A stretch of 64,000 nt of DNA from Takakia lepidozioides (Eukaryota > Plantae > Bryophyta). This document shows positions 38,500-52,187 of this stretch, piece after piece. The translations under genes and the position numbers were made by a program. Location: positions 47,430,001 through 47,494,000 of the forward strand of contig CM060732.1 in assembly GCA_030704615.1 (NCBI GenBank), in the 5' to 3' direction. Position 1 is the stretch's first letter, and every line of letters begins with the position of its first letter. Under the pieces are notes generated by a model. It searched no databases. It was not told where the DNA came from and saw only the letters and a program-made list of their open reading frames with translations.

Positions 38500-39464
38500 T
38501 CCTGCGACGTCGCATTAGGGACGTCCGAGGGTCGTAAATGCGACCCCCCAGCAGACGTCACAGAATTTAGGTGGAAAAATAAGAATTTGAATTTGAATTT
38601 CAAAAACTAGTTGACCATTGACTCGGAGTTGACCATTGACTCTGGTTTTGTCCAATGGCAGTTCATGCATTGTTCTACATATATTAGGCAATGCATATTT
38701 GAACCTAGGACCTCCACATTATAACATTTCTAAGACACTGCACACTAACCAACAAATCTACAATACATCTATGTATTACAAAAGCAGTCCAAGTATATAT
38801 ATACATATCAAGACTTAGCTCCTAGTGACTACCACTAGCTCAATCCTATCATTGTGTTGCAGATTATGCGTACTCTACAGGAGCTCTCACAGCTGGAACT
38901 TGCACGGAGATTTGTCCCCAGAGTTCTTCAAGAACAAATATCTATCAATGGCCTAAGTTTTGCAAAGCTACATTGCAACTTATTGCTGGACAATGGCTAT
39001 AGTCTGAGGATGCCAAGCCCATTATGCTACAATCTACTCCCATAATCAATTTTCCGCGACGCCCCAGGACGCCGGGAAATCGCAGCGACGGCAGGGAATC
39101 TCCAAATATATATATATTTATATTTATATTTTCCCCCCCTTAGGCATTGCGATTCCCCGCCGTCGCAAAAGCGTCGCTGGGCTGCGGCGCTGCGACGCCT
39201 CGTTGCGATTCTCCGGCGTCGCAGCATCCCGGGGGTGTCGCAACCCCCCCCCAGTGCGCTGGCGGGGGGATGGGGTCAGACCCCTTTCCGGCGACGGCAT
39301 GACATCGCAAGATGCCACGATGTCGTCCGAGCGCCGACGTTGAGATGTCCCGATGTCGCAAGTCCCGGGCCGGGCGCCTGTGCAACGCTGCAGTCGTAGG
39401 GGGGTCGGCGCGTCCGGCGCACCCGGGGTCCTGGCGTCGCTAACCCCTCCTAAATATAATAGTG
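38238..39464. mobile_element. Non-autonomous CACTA element, 1227 bp
   Basis: TIRs CACTATTA(C/T)(G/A)TTT..G.GGGGTTAGCGA; 3-bp TSD TCA; GCGACG/CGTCGC subterminal repeats; (AAT)n tract. Confidence 0.92.
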
Positions 39465-41489
39465 TCAGTGGCCTTCGTGCTTCATGGGCAATGTCTTCGT
39501 AGATGTCGAGACATGGAAGCTACGTGTGGGCACTAACTTTAGGTTGCCTTTGTATAGGAAGGTCATATGAAAGTGGAAAGCAATCCACAACGTGTACCTC
39601 TTTACTTAACAGGTTTCCATTCCCAAAGAATATAGCTGCAAGAGGGATAATTGATGCAGTACGTGGATGACAATGTGGTTGTGCCAATCATAAGGGTTTT
39701 GTGTGATATTGAACTCTTCTGGAGGTCATGTACTTGTTACCCAGCAGAATACATCTTTACCTTCTCAAACTGCTCCATGCAGTTGATGACAAACTAGTTA
39801 CAGAGAATTGTTGTTTTGACATTGAGAAAAGGAATATTATTGGAGACAAAAGTAAACGTTGATATGGGTACAGTAAAATAGCAACGAATGGGGGCCATGA
39901 CTGGAGATAGATAAGCCACCAATTTATGGACCCCCTTATGAATAAAATATGTTGCTGCATATGTTGAATGCACTTGTCTATTTGGATCACATGATATATG
40001 CAACCGAGTGATGAATATAGCAGATGATGAGTAGGAAAGTATGACACTTTTCACCAGTCTAAAATTTTCTACTCTTTTAGAAATGTAGAATAAATTGAGC
40101 TTCTTTCTAAACATGTGAGATACCTAGGCAGGTTGCTAATGCCAGGGCGGGAGATCTTTCAGCTGTCCACAGTTAGCATCATTTGATAAAAGCCAATGTC
40201 ACATTGTGCAACATTCCAATTTGCATTGTGTAAAATTCCAATTTTTCCGAGGTATTTGGTAAGAACACAGTAGTGGCCAAGTAAACAAACACAGTGCATC
40301 ATTTACAGTGATGAGCTCATCAACCCTGCACAATGAAGTACTCTAATATGATTGAAGTAGACCATATTCCAAGCTAATCATTTTGTCCACTCAGCAGTTA
40401 CAGCAGAGCTGATAATCAACCAAACAGTGTTCACAAAATCTGCAAATCTCCAGCACCATCTTCTAGCCAACATTTCATAAACAACTTGCAATTATTGGCC
40501 AAAACAGTGACACGATGCATTTCCTGAAGTAACGACATTGCAGAGACAATATTTTTCCACCTCAAAAGTTGGAAGTACACTTGGTTAACCAAGTTCTCAG
40601 GATGCTGGAGCCCACTCAGACACATGAGCAAAAAAATTAGAAATGGTGGCCATCCTTGACAAGTAGGAAAAAGACTAAAACATTGCCCAATACAACCATA
40701 TTTTCTTTTCTAAATGATTCTCTAAGAGCAATTGCGCACTTATTAATAAACCTCATCACAAAGTTAAGAGGTGTGGTGAGAACCAAACTGGTCGCCACCC
40801 TTGACAAGCAAATTTCAGCAACAGATCAAAACATTGCGACATGGAAACAGATCTTCTCAATGATGCTCAGAGAGAAATAATTGTACTCATTACCACATCC
40901 GACCACAAAGCTAGGGCTTTGTGTTATCTCAGACATAGAAACTGAAGAATTAGAGCCAGATTTTTCAGCACAAAATCTGGACACTCGAGTGGCATCTCTA
41001 GACCTACTAGGAGCCACTCATTCATTTAAATGTCTGCTATTTTTACAAACCTTGGCTCTACCCCACCTTAACCGCTGAGAAACTGTGGTTAACTGTCCAA
41101 GCCACTCCCCAGCCACTCGCTTCCATCAAAAGCTCCATCCATGCAGATCCCAATAAGGGAAAGTGCACATCAAAGCCACACACTGTACTGATCTAAAAAC
41201 ACTTCCTGCGCATAATGGATGGTCCTGACTCATCATACTCTGCCTTCGGAATCCACATTTGCAACAGAAAGTTTTGGTACCACATCAGGCTGTGATTAGA
41301 TACAAATTAATTTGTCTGGCTAGCACACTACATACACACCTCCTTCAACAAAATAAGAGGATACATCCCTCACAACACATTGAAGAAATCAAGAACTCAG
41401 TACAATTCCCTGGACAGCCTAGAATTGTTCCAGCAAACACCACAACCCTACTTATCACACTAGTCCTGTGTTGACTTGCGTTTGCTTCC

Positions 41490-42230
41490 AACAAACATTC
41501 ACCTTCTTGCCTGGATTGTTCCACCATTGATTGGGTCCGAAACGCATTCATTCCAGAGCTTCTCATCGTCTCTGTTATCTGTTTTGCGAAACTTTCCTAT
41601 TGCCACATTGGCAGTAACATGTCTAAATCAGTCCAAACCACCATAGATCCACCAACGAGCTGACTTGCATCAGATTCAACATGAAAATTTAGGGACGACT
41701 CTGATAACAGGGAAAAATAGGTTGAAATGTGTTGAAGAAGGTACCTTCATTAGTAGTGCCTTGTTATCATAATTGTGTTGTTTTCGCTGTTGTTTCCAAT
41801 TGACCATCTACCCACGCAGATTTCTTGTAGCTATTGATCCACAGGGAATCAGAAGTAATCTTGTATTTGAGATCCGGCCCTCTTGGATGAATCTAGACCT
41901 CTATCACTGGTCCCTCAGCTATCCCTATCTGTGTACAAATCATGAATACATCCTCAGCCTTGTTGCTAGCAGCTGAAATTGACGGCGGCAAACATCCCAA
42001 CCCTACTTGTTACAGTAGTTCCAATTTTGAATTGCATCTGCTTCTCTCTGTAGTCCAACAGACATTCACCTTTTTGTCTCCATTGTCCCACCATTGATTG
42101 GGGTCGGAAAAGTGTTCATTCCAACGCTTCTCCTCATCTCTGTTATCTGTTTTTGGATATTTTCCTGCTGCCACATCGACAGTAACTTCATTCATCATTG
42201 TATTTTCATGTTGCTGGTTCCAACATTTAG
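41490..42230 (-). pseudogene. Exon fragments encoding OSB-type PDF ssDNA-binding motifs
   Basis: WNEHFSDPNQWWDNGDKK (intron) IHPRGPDLKYKITSDSLWINSYKKSAWVDGQL; a further degenerate copy at ~41500-41570. Confidence 0.7.
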
Positions 42231-43596
42231 CTACTGAAAGGAATCCTCCATTACTGACCTTAGTATCCCACTGATCAAAACAATTTGATAAATTGCTAAA
42301 GATTGACTCTTTCATCCCCGCACTTCTATCCTTCTCATGCACAAAATAATTTGATGTTGAGGTCCTTTTCACACATACAATCATTTGATATTGAGGTGAA
42401 GAAAAAAACTTACATCGGACTTGGTTATTGGGATCCCATCCGATGAGAATGTGCAGTTTTCGCCCTACAAATTAAAGACCAATGGAGTAAACGGTTAATA
42501 GGTTACAGAAAAATTGAAAGACACTAATCTTGCTATGAGGTGCATCAATGCATATGCTCATATGTACATAGCACAAGTTCATAGAAGGTTTGCTACCAAG
42601 AGCTTACTGATTGGAATGTAAAATGGAAGTAAAACAACATAGAGATGGACAATCAAAGGCACTCGGAGGTAGAATCCAAATATCCTTTCAGACAAAATTA
42701 GAGTAAATGCATGTGATCCTCGTGCCTCTTCCAGCCAGATTCTCCTTGAAATTCAGATGTATGTATGTATGTTACATGTACCACAAAATAGGAAAACCAA
42801 ATCCCTACACAACTTGAAAGGCTACTGATCATACAATAAGTGTACCATAAATTCCGACCCCTTTACCAACTCCTGGATCTCTACAAGATACTATGGAGGG
42901 CAAGAGTTAGGGCAGGTAACAAGAGCTGTAGACAGGAGGGAATACACTCTCCTGCTGCCACATCTGAAATACAGAAACCACCAAGATCCCTTACTTCCAT
43001 CACGTAGTACTGCTTTGGTCTAACTTGTCCAACTTGATGGATGATACCCAGAGGAAACGCTTGAAGTAACTTCTACAAAGAGGGAGAGAAAGCATGTGAA
43101 ATACCTGGGTACAGCGCCCTTTCACTACAACAAATTGCGGCTTTTATGACTCCCATGGGTGCGCAGTCATGACAGATTTGTTGCAGAAATGCCATTTGCA
43201 ATCGTAAAATGCTTTTGAAGTCATAATGCAGGTCTGGGGAAGACGTATATGCGTTTGTATGGCTCCGGACTCTGCGCAACACAGGTCAAACATGTTTGAC
43301 CACGAATATTGGCATGGCAGATATGACTACCAGTCATGGTCATGGCTAGACTGGAATGACGTGCACATATTGCTAGACAGACATATGACTTCATGACTCT
43401 CACTCTAATGCATTCTGCCAGATCATCACATGGATGAATCACTACATTACTGCACGTGTCGACACATGCTTTTCTGGTTATATATATAATATATGAGTAT
43501 TTATATTTTGAAAAAACGGAGACTCTGACCACTAGAATGAATTAAAAAAAAACAAAAGAAAAACAAAGTGCAAAAAGATTTTAAAAAAAACACATC

Positions 43597-43810
43597 GGCT
43601 GGTAAGTGGCACAGTGTGTCGCCCTGGTGGTTTGGGGTTCAAACCCGCTGCCCTTATCCCGTGTGTGGGATTGTTCGTGACGGTATGTCTGGGCGTTGAT
43701 CGTCATGTAGGTCTTATGGCCCTTAAATGAAGGCGGGTGAATTTTTCCCCCTCCTCAAGGGCCTGTGGTTTCCTTTAAGAAAATAAAAAAGAAAAAAGAA
43801 ATAAAAAAGG
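43597..43810 (+). mobile_element. SINE-like element
   Basis: A-box-like TGGCACAGTG, B-box GGGTTCAAACCC, A-rich tail. Confidence 0.45.
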
Positions 43811-43949
43811 GGCTCTTAGGGTTTACAAAAAGGTTAAAAAACTTAAAAAGTTGCCCATCACGATAGCGTGAACAAACTTAGAGCAAGCGGGAGGGAGAGA
43901 GAGAGAGGGCTGGGACTTAGAGCGAGCGAGTGGGAGTGAGGGCAAACAT

Positions 43950-44968
43950 GCATGGGAGGCCCGCAGTTGGAGCAACCTTCGCATCTGAAGCAATCAACCC
44001 TAGAAACGCTAGGGTATGTGTGGGAGAAAGTGCTTTCGCCAAAGTTCATGGCACATCCTTCTACAAGTGGATGGAGGATGCGGCTGACCAACATTATGGA
44101 AAAGTGTTCCATGGATCAATGACGACACTTTCTCTCACATCGATGCAGGATATTCTGAACACAGAAGCATTGTAGACGTTGGAGGAGGTGTGGGAGCGTG
44201 CATGGAAATGTTGATGAAAAAGTATCCGAGCATTCAAGCCATCAGCTTTGAGCAACCCCATGTTGTGGAGCTGGCTCCTCACTTACCTGGTATCTCCGTC
44301 GCATACGTATATTCCCTTGGTTTTTCAAGTTCACTGATTTGAAGATGTGAAATGTGCTCAATTTGTTGTCTTCCTCCTCGGAGGGTTTTAGTTATGTTGA
44401 CTAAATCTCTTCTTTTTCCCTGCGAGGCAAAAAATAAATAAAAATGTGCTCAATCAGTAAATGCTACAGTAAGGATCCCCTGGATTCAGCGACCACCAGT
44501 TGTGCTTTGCAACATGAGTAGGAAGACTGCGGACCTCTTTGGTGTCCAACAATTCTGTACCATGTACTGTAGTCAGGCTGGGCCTTCTTCTGGTGTTGCA
44601 GTTAGGGGGTGTTCGAACTTCGAACAAAGGACAATCCATGACGCAATGTGTATACATATAGTCGTAAGTGGAATCAGATGTACCGGCTCTGTTGAATCGA
44701 CACTGAGAAGGTTACTTGCGAAAAGAACTTCGGGTATTCAGAGCAGGATTACCATTGGAATAGTTATGAAGAGGCGGAGAGAGAAGCTGAGCTTGGACCA
44801 CAATCATAACTTGATTCTACGAGTGTGACCAAAAAGCTCCTCATATTGTTCAATTTACGTAGGGCATTCTGGGGTAACCATGGGTGCGTTGTAATGGGTG
44901 CAGAAGTGAAGTTAGTCGGTGGAAACATGTTCGAGAGCGTGCCCTCTGCAGATGCTACCTTCCTGAAG
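43950..44968 (+). pseudogene. Captured fragment of a COMT-like small-molecule O-methyltransferase (two partial exons and an intron)
   Basis: GESAFAKVHG...VFHGSM; IVDVGGGVG...KYPSIQAISFEQPHVV; VKLVGGNMFESVPSADATFLK followed by a GT donor; frameshift at ~44170. Confidence 0.85.
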
Positions 44969-45384
44969 GTTCGTTTCGCCCTTTACTCTTGGGAATTTTA
45001 TAACTAGTGCATCGAATCCATCACAATCGTTCCCGAAGTAAGAGTAGAGTACTTATTTACATTCCAAGATCTTTGGAATCATTCCAGCTTCAACTGTACT
45101 GCTGCCATGCACATCTTTTTGCTTGTATAAGTCGTCATACATTTGTGTTGACCTCCCAAGCTTAGCTGCTGCAAGCAACCTCTGAACCTCTAACTTGAGA
45201 TCCTTTCCCAGCTTGTAACGTACATGATATTAAATCAAATAGAAGTCAACTGGAATTTGCGAGCTCTTGAAGCAAGTGACGTGACGGGGCTTAAGGTTTT
45301 GGCTGGGAGCTCGCCGTTCTTGGGAGAGTCAGCTTCGTCTTAGCAGGCCGTGTTTCAATCTCTACCCGCTCGGCTCTGATTTTA

Positions 45385-47040
45385 CAGCACGGAGCAGAGC
45401 TGGCATGAGTTTCTTGAAGATCCTTCACGATGGTGGGACAACCGCAATCGCAAGGTGTGGCTTTTTCTTAATGTACGATGTGAAGAAGTTTGTCCATCTT
45501 GCAAATGTGGGTTGTTGGCTCCTGTTAGTACCATGATTTGGTATTCTTCCTGATGTTTACAAGGTTCTTGGGAGAGTTAGCTTGGTCTTAGCAGGCCGTG
45601 TTTCAATCTCTGCCCACTCAGCTGTACCGTGGTGGTTCTCACTGACCAATCCGACATTACCTAACGACAGACACAAGCAGCACACACAAGAGGTCCTCTT
45701 GGGTTCATGGTCAGTCAAATCCTCCATGGGTCATGACACAAGGTCGAGGACAATGTGGTGAGGGCACCTTCTTCTTCGACCTATTTCAGCCTGTTTTGCC
45801 CTCTCATCAGACTCGGCCCTTCATTTGCAGCACGGAGTAGAGCTGGCATGAGATTTTTAAATATCCTTCACGATGGTGCGACAACCGCAATGGCAAGGTA
45901 TGGTTTTTCCTTAATGTACGATGTGAAGAAGTTTGTCCATCCTGCAAATGTGGACTATTGGCTCTTGTTAGTACCATGATTTGGTATTCTTCCTGATGTT
46001 TCAAGGTTCTTGGGAGAGTCAGCTTGGTCTTAGCAGGCCGTGTTTCAATCTAGGCCTGCTCATCTGCACCATGCTGGTTCTCACAGACCAATCCGACATT
46101 ACCTGACTACAAGACACAAGCAGTACACACAAGAGGTCCTTTTGGGTTGATGGTCGGTCAAATCCTCTATGGGTTCTTCTTCGACCTATTTCAGCCTATT
46201 TTGCCTTCTCATCAGACTCGGCCCTGAGATGAATATTGAATTATGTAAGTTAGCTCGTTGCTCATTGATAAGTAGGGTTGGGGGTGTTTGCTGGAATGAT
46301 TGTTGTATGCATGATTTTGTGTATAAGCATAGATAGTTGAAGGAGCAGGGATAGAGTGTGCTAATAAAGGCACCTTCTTCAACACATTTCACCTTGTTTT
46401 TCCCTCTTATCAAAACCGGCCCTAAATTTCAATGTCTGCAAGTTAGCTGGTTGAGTGAATCTAGTTTGGAGTGACTTTGACATGATATTGCCAATGTGAC
46501 AACAGGAAAGTATCGAAAAACAGTTAACGGAGATGAGGGAAGCTGTGGAATGAATACTTTTCTGACCCCAGTCAATGGTGGGACAACCGAGGCAAAAAAG
46601 TAAATGCCTGTTGGATTACAGAGAGTAACGGATGCAATTGAGAATAGGAACTAGTGTGATAAGTTGAGTTGGGTGTTTGCTGGAACAAATGTAGGCTGTC
46701 ATTGTCAGCTGCTAACAACAATGCAAGGATATATGCATGATCTGTGCAGAGGCATGGATAGCTGAAGGAGCAAGGATAGAGTGTGGGTTTAGATCATCCA
46801 AGAGAGCCAGATTTCAAGCTCCAGATTACCGATGATTCCCTGTGGAAGGATAGCTACAAGAAACCTGCATGGGTAGATGGTCATGGGTAGATGGTAGATA
46901 GTTTGGAGTGACTTTGACATGATACTGCCAAAGTGACAATAGGAAAGTATCCATAAACAGGTACCAGAGATGAGGAGAAGCTGTGGAATGAACTTTTCTG
47001 ACCCCAGTCAATGGTGGGACAACAGAGGCAAAAAGGTGAA
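45385..47040 (+). pseudogene. Captured, internally duplicated OSB-type PDF-motif exons
   Basis: WHEFLEDPSRWWDNRNRK|gt, YFSDPSQWWDNRGKK|gt, HPREPDFKLQITDDSLW...PAWV; ~440-bp tandem duplication. Confidence 0.72.
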
Positions 47041-48714
47041 TGCCTAATAGATTACAGAGAGTAGCAGACGCAATTCAGCATAGGCACTAAGGCAAACTCT
47101 CCTTCCCCGTAAGGTGTGTTTTGGTATCTGAGCGAATAAATATTTTATCTAAGAATATAATTTCAAAATTCGTTATTTAATAATGTGCCACTGTCCCCTG
47201 TTGGTCAAAAGTAATAACAATTATTATAATTATTATAATTATAGTAATTATAATAATAGTAAATTAAATCCCCAACCCCCCTCCCCACAGCGACGCGTGT
47301 CAATTGATATGAGGAACCACGTGTCAAAATCGCGATGCGACACGTGTTGACGTCTGATTCCCTCCTCTGCAGTCGGGATGGCGTCGCAGTCTGACACGTG
47401 GCGTGTTCTGTAGAGAGCACGTGTCTCTCTTACACAACGGCTGACATGGACCCATTCAGTCATTCAGTAAAGTGAGCGTGTATGACTACCCCCACAGCTG
47501 CTCAGGCGCCACGTCACAGCCAGGCTGGCGAGTCATATCTGCCATGCCACAACTGACTAGGGTTTTACGACCGTAGAGTCATGAAGTCGTAAATGGCTTT
47601 CATAACTGCATTTGCAGTCATAACACAGAGTCGTAAAAGCCGCAATCTGTTGTAGTGTTTCATATGATAGTTACAAGGGATGGATTGAAGTTTGGAAGAG
47701 ATGGGCATGAGATTGCAAACCCTAAACCCTACTCACGGTCTTTTTCTGCTTGTTTTTTCCTGTATGTTACATGCCAAAGCTTCTCCTCATCTCTGTTATC
47801 TATTTTTAGATCATTTCCTGCCACATCGGCATTAACTTGTCAAAGTCACTCCAAACCACCACAGATCCAACGAGCTAACTTATAGAATTCAATATGCATC
47901 TCAGGCCGAGTCTAATGAGAGGGCAAAACAGGCTGAAAACATGTGTTGAGGGCCCCATCAACTACAAAGTGCATATGGGTGGAGTAGAAGAACTCAATAC
48001 ACATGTCCATGAAAGTGCCTATGATGATACATTAAAGCTCTATGTACCGCAAGCGCCCACCCGCGAGTGTAGCAAACTGGGTGACACACGCGCACTCAAA
48101 AAGCCCTAGGATGTGCCACAAATTTGCTGATGGAATTCACCACATGCCACAATCCCACTAGCATAAACATGGATCCCGGCAGTACATGGCCAGCGAATGA
48201 CCCCATTTTGAATGTTGGTTCTCGTTGTTCTATTTCCTGAGCGTCTTTGGTCTTCCGTAATCTATCTCAACAACCATTCCTTGCTTCCTCATCTAACCGA
48301 GCACCATTCCCACGCTCTCCTTCCTCCCCTTCTGCCTGTATGTACATTAGTGTGTACGCACCTGTCAACACATGGGAAAGACCCAGGGACAACTGAATGT
48401 CTAAGTGAATGTCTAACTTATGCTACGGTTGCGCGCTCTAGTACCTTGGATGTATTTGTTGCATACATGGGGCATGTATGATGGATGCATGCAATACAGT
48501 AACACGGAGTTCAATGTGTGACAGTATTTGCAATGGACCCGATGCGGGGGGGGGGGATGGAGTGGGAGGGGGGGGGGGCTCCTAGCGCGGCAACCGCGGG
48601 CATCGGCGCTGCCGCGAGGGGGGCGAGGCCAAGGGCGGGGGTGGGGCCACGTAGGCAGGCCTGCTGAGGCAGCATTCAACTCCCGGGCCTCTTTTATCAC
48701 TTGCCTATCCATAC

Positions 48715-50580
48715 TACGGTAGTTTGTAAATAATATAAAAAATTAGTTAGTGAAAGAATTGGAGGTTTATATACTGCGACAATATGTATAGCTCTTCTTG
48801 TTTGTATATCGAAAGTTGCTGCTATATATTCAGCACCGAGATGTGAAAATGATAATGTTGTATACTTATCATATAATATCATTGTTCCATGACTAGCGTA
48901 AATAGCCACATATGAATATTTAGAAGAATCGATGAAACGATCTATGTTGAAGTTGCAGGTATGAAATGTATTTCATTTAAACATAGAATATGACTTGATT
49001 GCATGTTATGATCAATACAAACATATTCTTTATGTAGGGATAGTGACCTACTATTGAGAGATCGTAGAAGTACATGAGATTGTACATATGTTTGTAGCAT
49101 TGGAACTGATAGTTCCCATTGCGCTATTGTACTTAAATTATGCATTTCATCGGCAACACAACTGTCAACTCGAAAGTTCTTCATTTGTAAAGGCGTCAAT
49201 AGGTATAAAATTTCTTTTTGTCGGATCCGCGAAAGAGCTGTGTAAGTTAAGCCATGTTTGTTCACACCAATTGGATCAAAAGCTAAATAATCTAACGTTA
49301 AACCTTGTGAATGATGTATAGTTATCCGATCCGGATATATTTCCGGATTATATAAATGTCTATTTTTGCACGTGTAGCCCAACCAGATTTTGGATTATTA
49401 AATTATATCCAAATTAATGGGGTGGAATTTGTTACATCTGAAACATATTTTGAATATACCATCAGCACCATCAACAAGGTCATCATGTGTCAATTCCCAG
49501 TACATAATTCTATTAACATTTCTTTTTTAACATTAATGGTTGTATGTAAACTTGCGGTATTAGAGGCATTATTGAGGAGTTTAAAACTAGCAGGACAATG
49601 TGTATCATGGTGTTTATCAATAGCCTCAAAGACATATACACATCCAGGAGTTTGTTCAAATGCTCGTTGGTTGTGAACAAGCATTAATTTGTTTGTGTAA
49701 TATAAATGTGGAAATGTCGGATCATCGGGGGGAGCACGACAACGTTGTCCACTGATTATATCAATGTCGCTTTGTGTTGTTGTTGCTATTCAAAGGCGAT
49801 TTAATATATCTATGAATTGTATATCAAATTGACGCATGACTTGTTTCAATTCATAACATTTGATGTTCTCACGCCAAAAATCAGGACCTAGTGCATCTGG
49901 ACCTTGTTTCTTCTTTTTTGAAAACCCATGTGTCTCGTACTGGTGGCGCTTGATAAAAATCTCCGGTGATAATAACATCGAGATTGCCAAAAAAATGGCT
50001 ATGGATCCGTTTGCAGATTGATCGTATCCTTAAATCTGCAAATGCAAGCATTCTAGTTCCGATAAGAGAAACATCTAAAACTACAAGCTGCAATTGGGCA
50101 TATAATTTTGTTAACATATCCAATCGTTCAGAACTTAATAAGGACAATTTTTTACAATTAAGATGTATACTAAGGCCAAAATGTAAAGTTGTTCCATCAA
50201 TATTGAATGCTGCTTTTCCCGTATATGCCATCAATATTGTTTTTCTCATCAATGGATCAGCTTGAGGATGTTTATTGTATATTCTGAGCAAACCTTGTAC
50301 AAAAAGCAACAAAGTAAAAGTTTTTCCAGTCCCTACTCCTGCAGTAAAAAAAAAGTGAAGAGGTTTGTTAGGATGTACACATTTTTTATACATGCAATCA
50401 TCCAAAAAACACGTTGTTCTCTGTTTAGTTTACGCAATTGTGCATAAAACTCCACAGAAGGCCAAAGATTGTCATGTGAAATAGAAATGTTTGCATCTGG
50501 TATGGTATTTGAAAGTCCAACTTGCGGACGTAAATGAAATTCTTTAGTTATATCATAAGATTCTATTCTTCTATGCTTTG
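48715..50580 (-). mobile_element. Helentron: degenerate PIF1 helicase and N-terminal half of the AP endonuclease; Rep domain absent
   Basis: AGVGTGKT, AYTGKAAFNIDGTTLH, FGNLDVIITGDFYQAPPV, TIHHSQGLTLD, YTALSR, then LNSRSL...ILCLNE and IVAVYKPP. Confidence 0.88.
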
Positions 50581-51099
50581 GCCTCCTTGTTAGATTGGTG
50601 CTTGCAACTCCCAACCGGCCCATATTCTCCCCGACTTCGACCATGCTGAAATCACTGCTAAGATGTCTACCCCGGGGAACAAACTTATTAGAAGCATTGG
50701 CTACTTCAAGTTGAATCTGTGCTTCTTAAGTAACCCACTGTTTGTAGATGCTTTAGCCAAGGCCTGGCACAAAGCTGCAGGCTTGCAGAAACTGGCCCAA
50801 TAACTCTCTCGTAAAATTGCCTTGGCAAGAAATGCCAAGGAGAGAGCGCTAACCAATGTATATTGGTCTGCCAAAAACGTGCAATAGAGGGAGGGAGAGA
50901 GAAGAAGAAAGAATCTACCCCGTTGGTAGGAGGCCTAAAAGGCAACTGGAACACAAAACCGCAGAGATAAAAAAACTAAATACATCTCTACAGCTTTTTT
51001 CTTGGCACTCACTTTGTTACTCCACCAAAGTGAAGGCAAATCAGAAACAACCATAAGCTTGGCATATTCAGATGGATATAACTAACACGTCACTATAAG

Positions 51100-51300
51100 A
51101 TGAGGCCAAATCTGTATGCATGGCAGGCTTGCCAGGCCAGCCACTCATGTTCTTATGGGAGAGGGGAAGGAAGTAATGGTAGAATTGGTCTTGCCAATCC
51201 AGAACTTGGGGTCTTGACATAAGAAACCGTCCTCCATAGCCAGGTGAATGCATGTTCTCAGGATCCATTGCATATGTCTGCTTCTGTAAGCTGCTTCTAC
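51100..51300 (-). pseudogene. Isolated paralogous exon-2 fragment of a 2OG dioxygenase
   Basis: PGYGGRF...VLDWQDQFYHYFLPLSHKNMSGWPGKP aligns with exon 54113-54366. Confidence 0.8.
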
Positions 51301-52187
51301 AAGGATGCCTAAACCGAATCACCACAACAGAAGCTCCAGCCTAATTTTATGGCAGCTTATTGCACCTCTACTACACCGCAAGGCTTGCTAGAGCTCCGAG
51401 CCTCTGGACGTCAGAGCCTGCAATGGCAGAATTTTTTTCGAACTTGAAAATCCCTTCACTGAGCGGCTGAGTCTGGAGTGTGACTAGTATGAAAATCAGA
51501 TGCACTCCCTTTTTGCCCTCAACTCCAGCGATGGTTGCAAGTAACTACAAATGATCCTTGATGACCCTTTACTGCATCAAGACTCAAACTCCAAGGAGAA
51601 CCTCTCTCTTGTTTGGGGAGTCTAATCTACATGCAGGTTCAGGTATCTCGTCCATCCACACACATTCACCACCCATATTGAGACGTAATGACATAGTGCC
51701 TCATGCTCTCTCTTTCAATGGACACAAGTCTTACTGGGAAGCCAACTGCACATGGAATTGAATTCATTGCCATGTTGTCTTCCCTGACGAACGTTTCTTA
51801 GCTTTGAGGCCCAAAGATGCTGTAGAGTACAGAACATTTGTAAACATGTGGAAATATTAGTCTGCATCCTTTCATGATGGAAACGTAATTATATGTACTT
51901 TCACAATTGTCATTTCCCCAAAGGAGCTCTAATTCACCTGCTGCTTGGGTCTCAGATAACACCAAAGAGTTCTTCACCACAACATTTTGCTAACATTCCA
52001 AGACGACAAGTTTTGGTCTGCTAAGGTGCTCACACATGACATGTTAAGTAGAAATGTCTACAGAAATGAAACTTATACGTACTTTATCTAGTGGAATAAC
52101 ATCCACAACTGTGCCTTCGCCCTCCTCCTCAACTTCCACATGCTGAAGTAGCGGGTTTCTCTTTCATCTGTTCGTAAACTGAAACAC

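Larger units (their letters stand above)
43123..47657. mobile_element. Pack-CACTA element, 4535 bp, carrying host-gene fragments
   Basis: TIRs CACTACAACA(A/G)ATTGCGGCTTTTA(T/C)GACTC; 3-bp TSD TTT; no transposase found. Confidence 0.92.
34989..48705. mobile_element. Non-autonomous Pack-MULE-like element, 13.7 kb, with ~260-bp GC-rich TIRs
   Basis: Both ends read GGCAAGTGATAAAAGAG..CGGGAGTTGAATGCTGCCTCAG... in inverted orientation (34989-~35247 and ~48447-48705). The flanks TATCCATAA and TATCCATAC form a 9-bp TSD with one mismatch. The insertion splits a Helentron endonuclease. Confidence 0.88.

Noticed and set aside
39600-41300. Possible PPR gene fragment next to the PDF exons
   Set aside because: Manual translation gave no convincing 35-aa periodicity; left unassigned.
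50650-50950. L1-like linker peptide YFKLNLCFL...AW
   Set aside because: Too short and degenerate to support as a feature.
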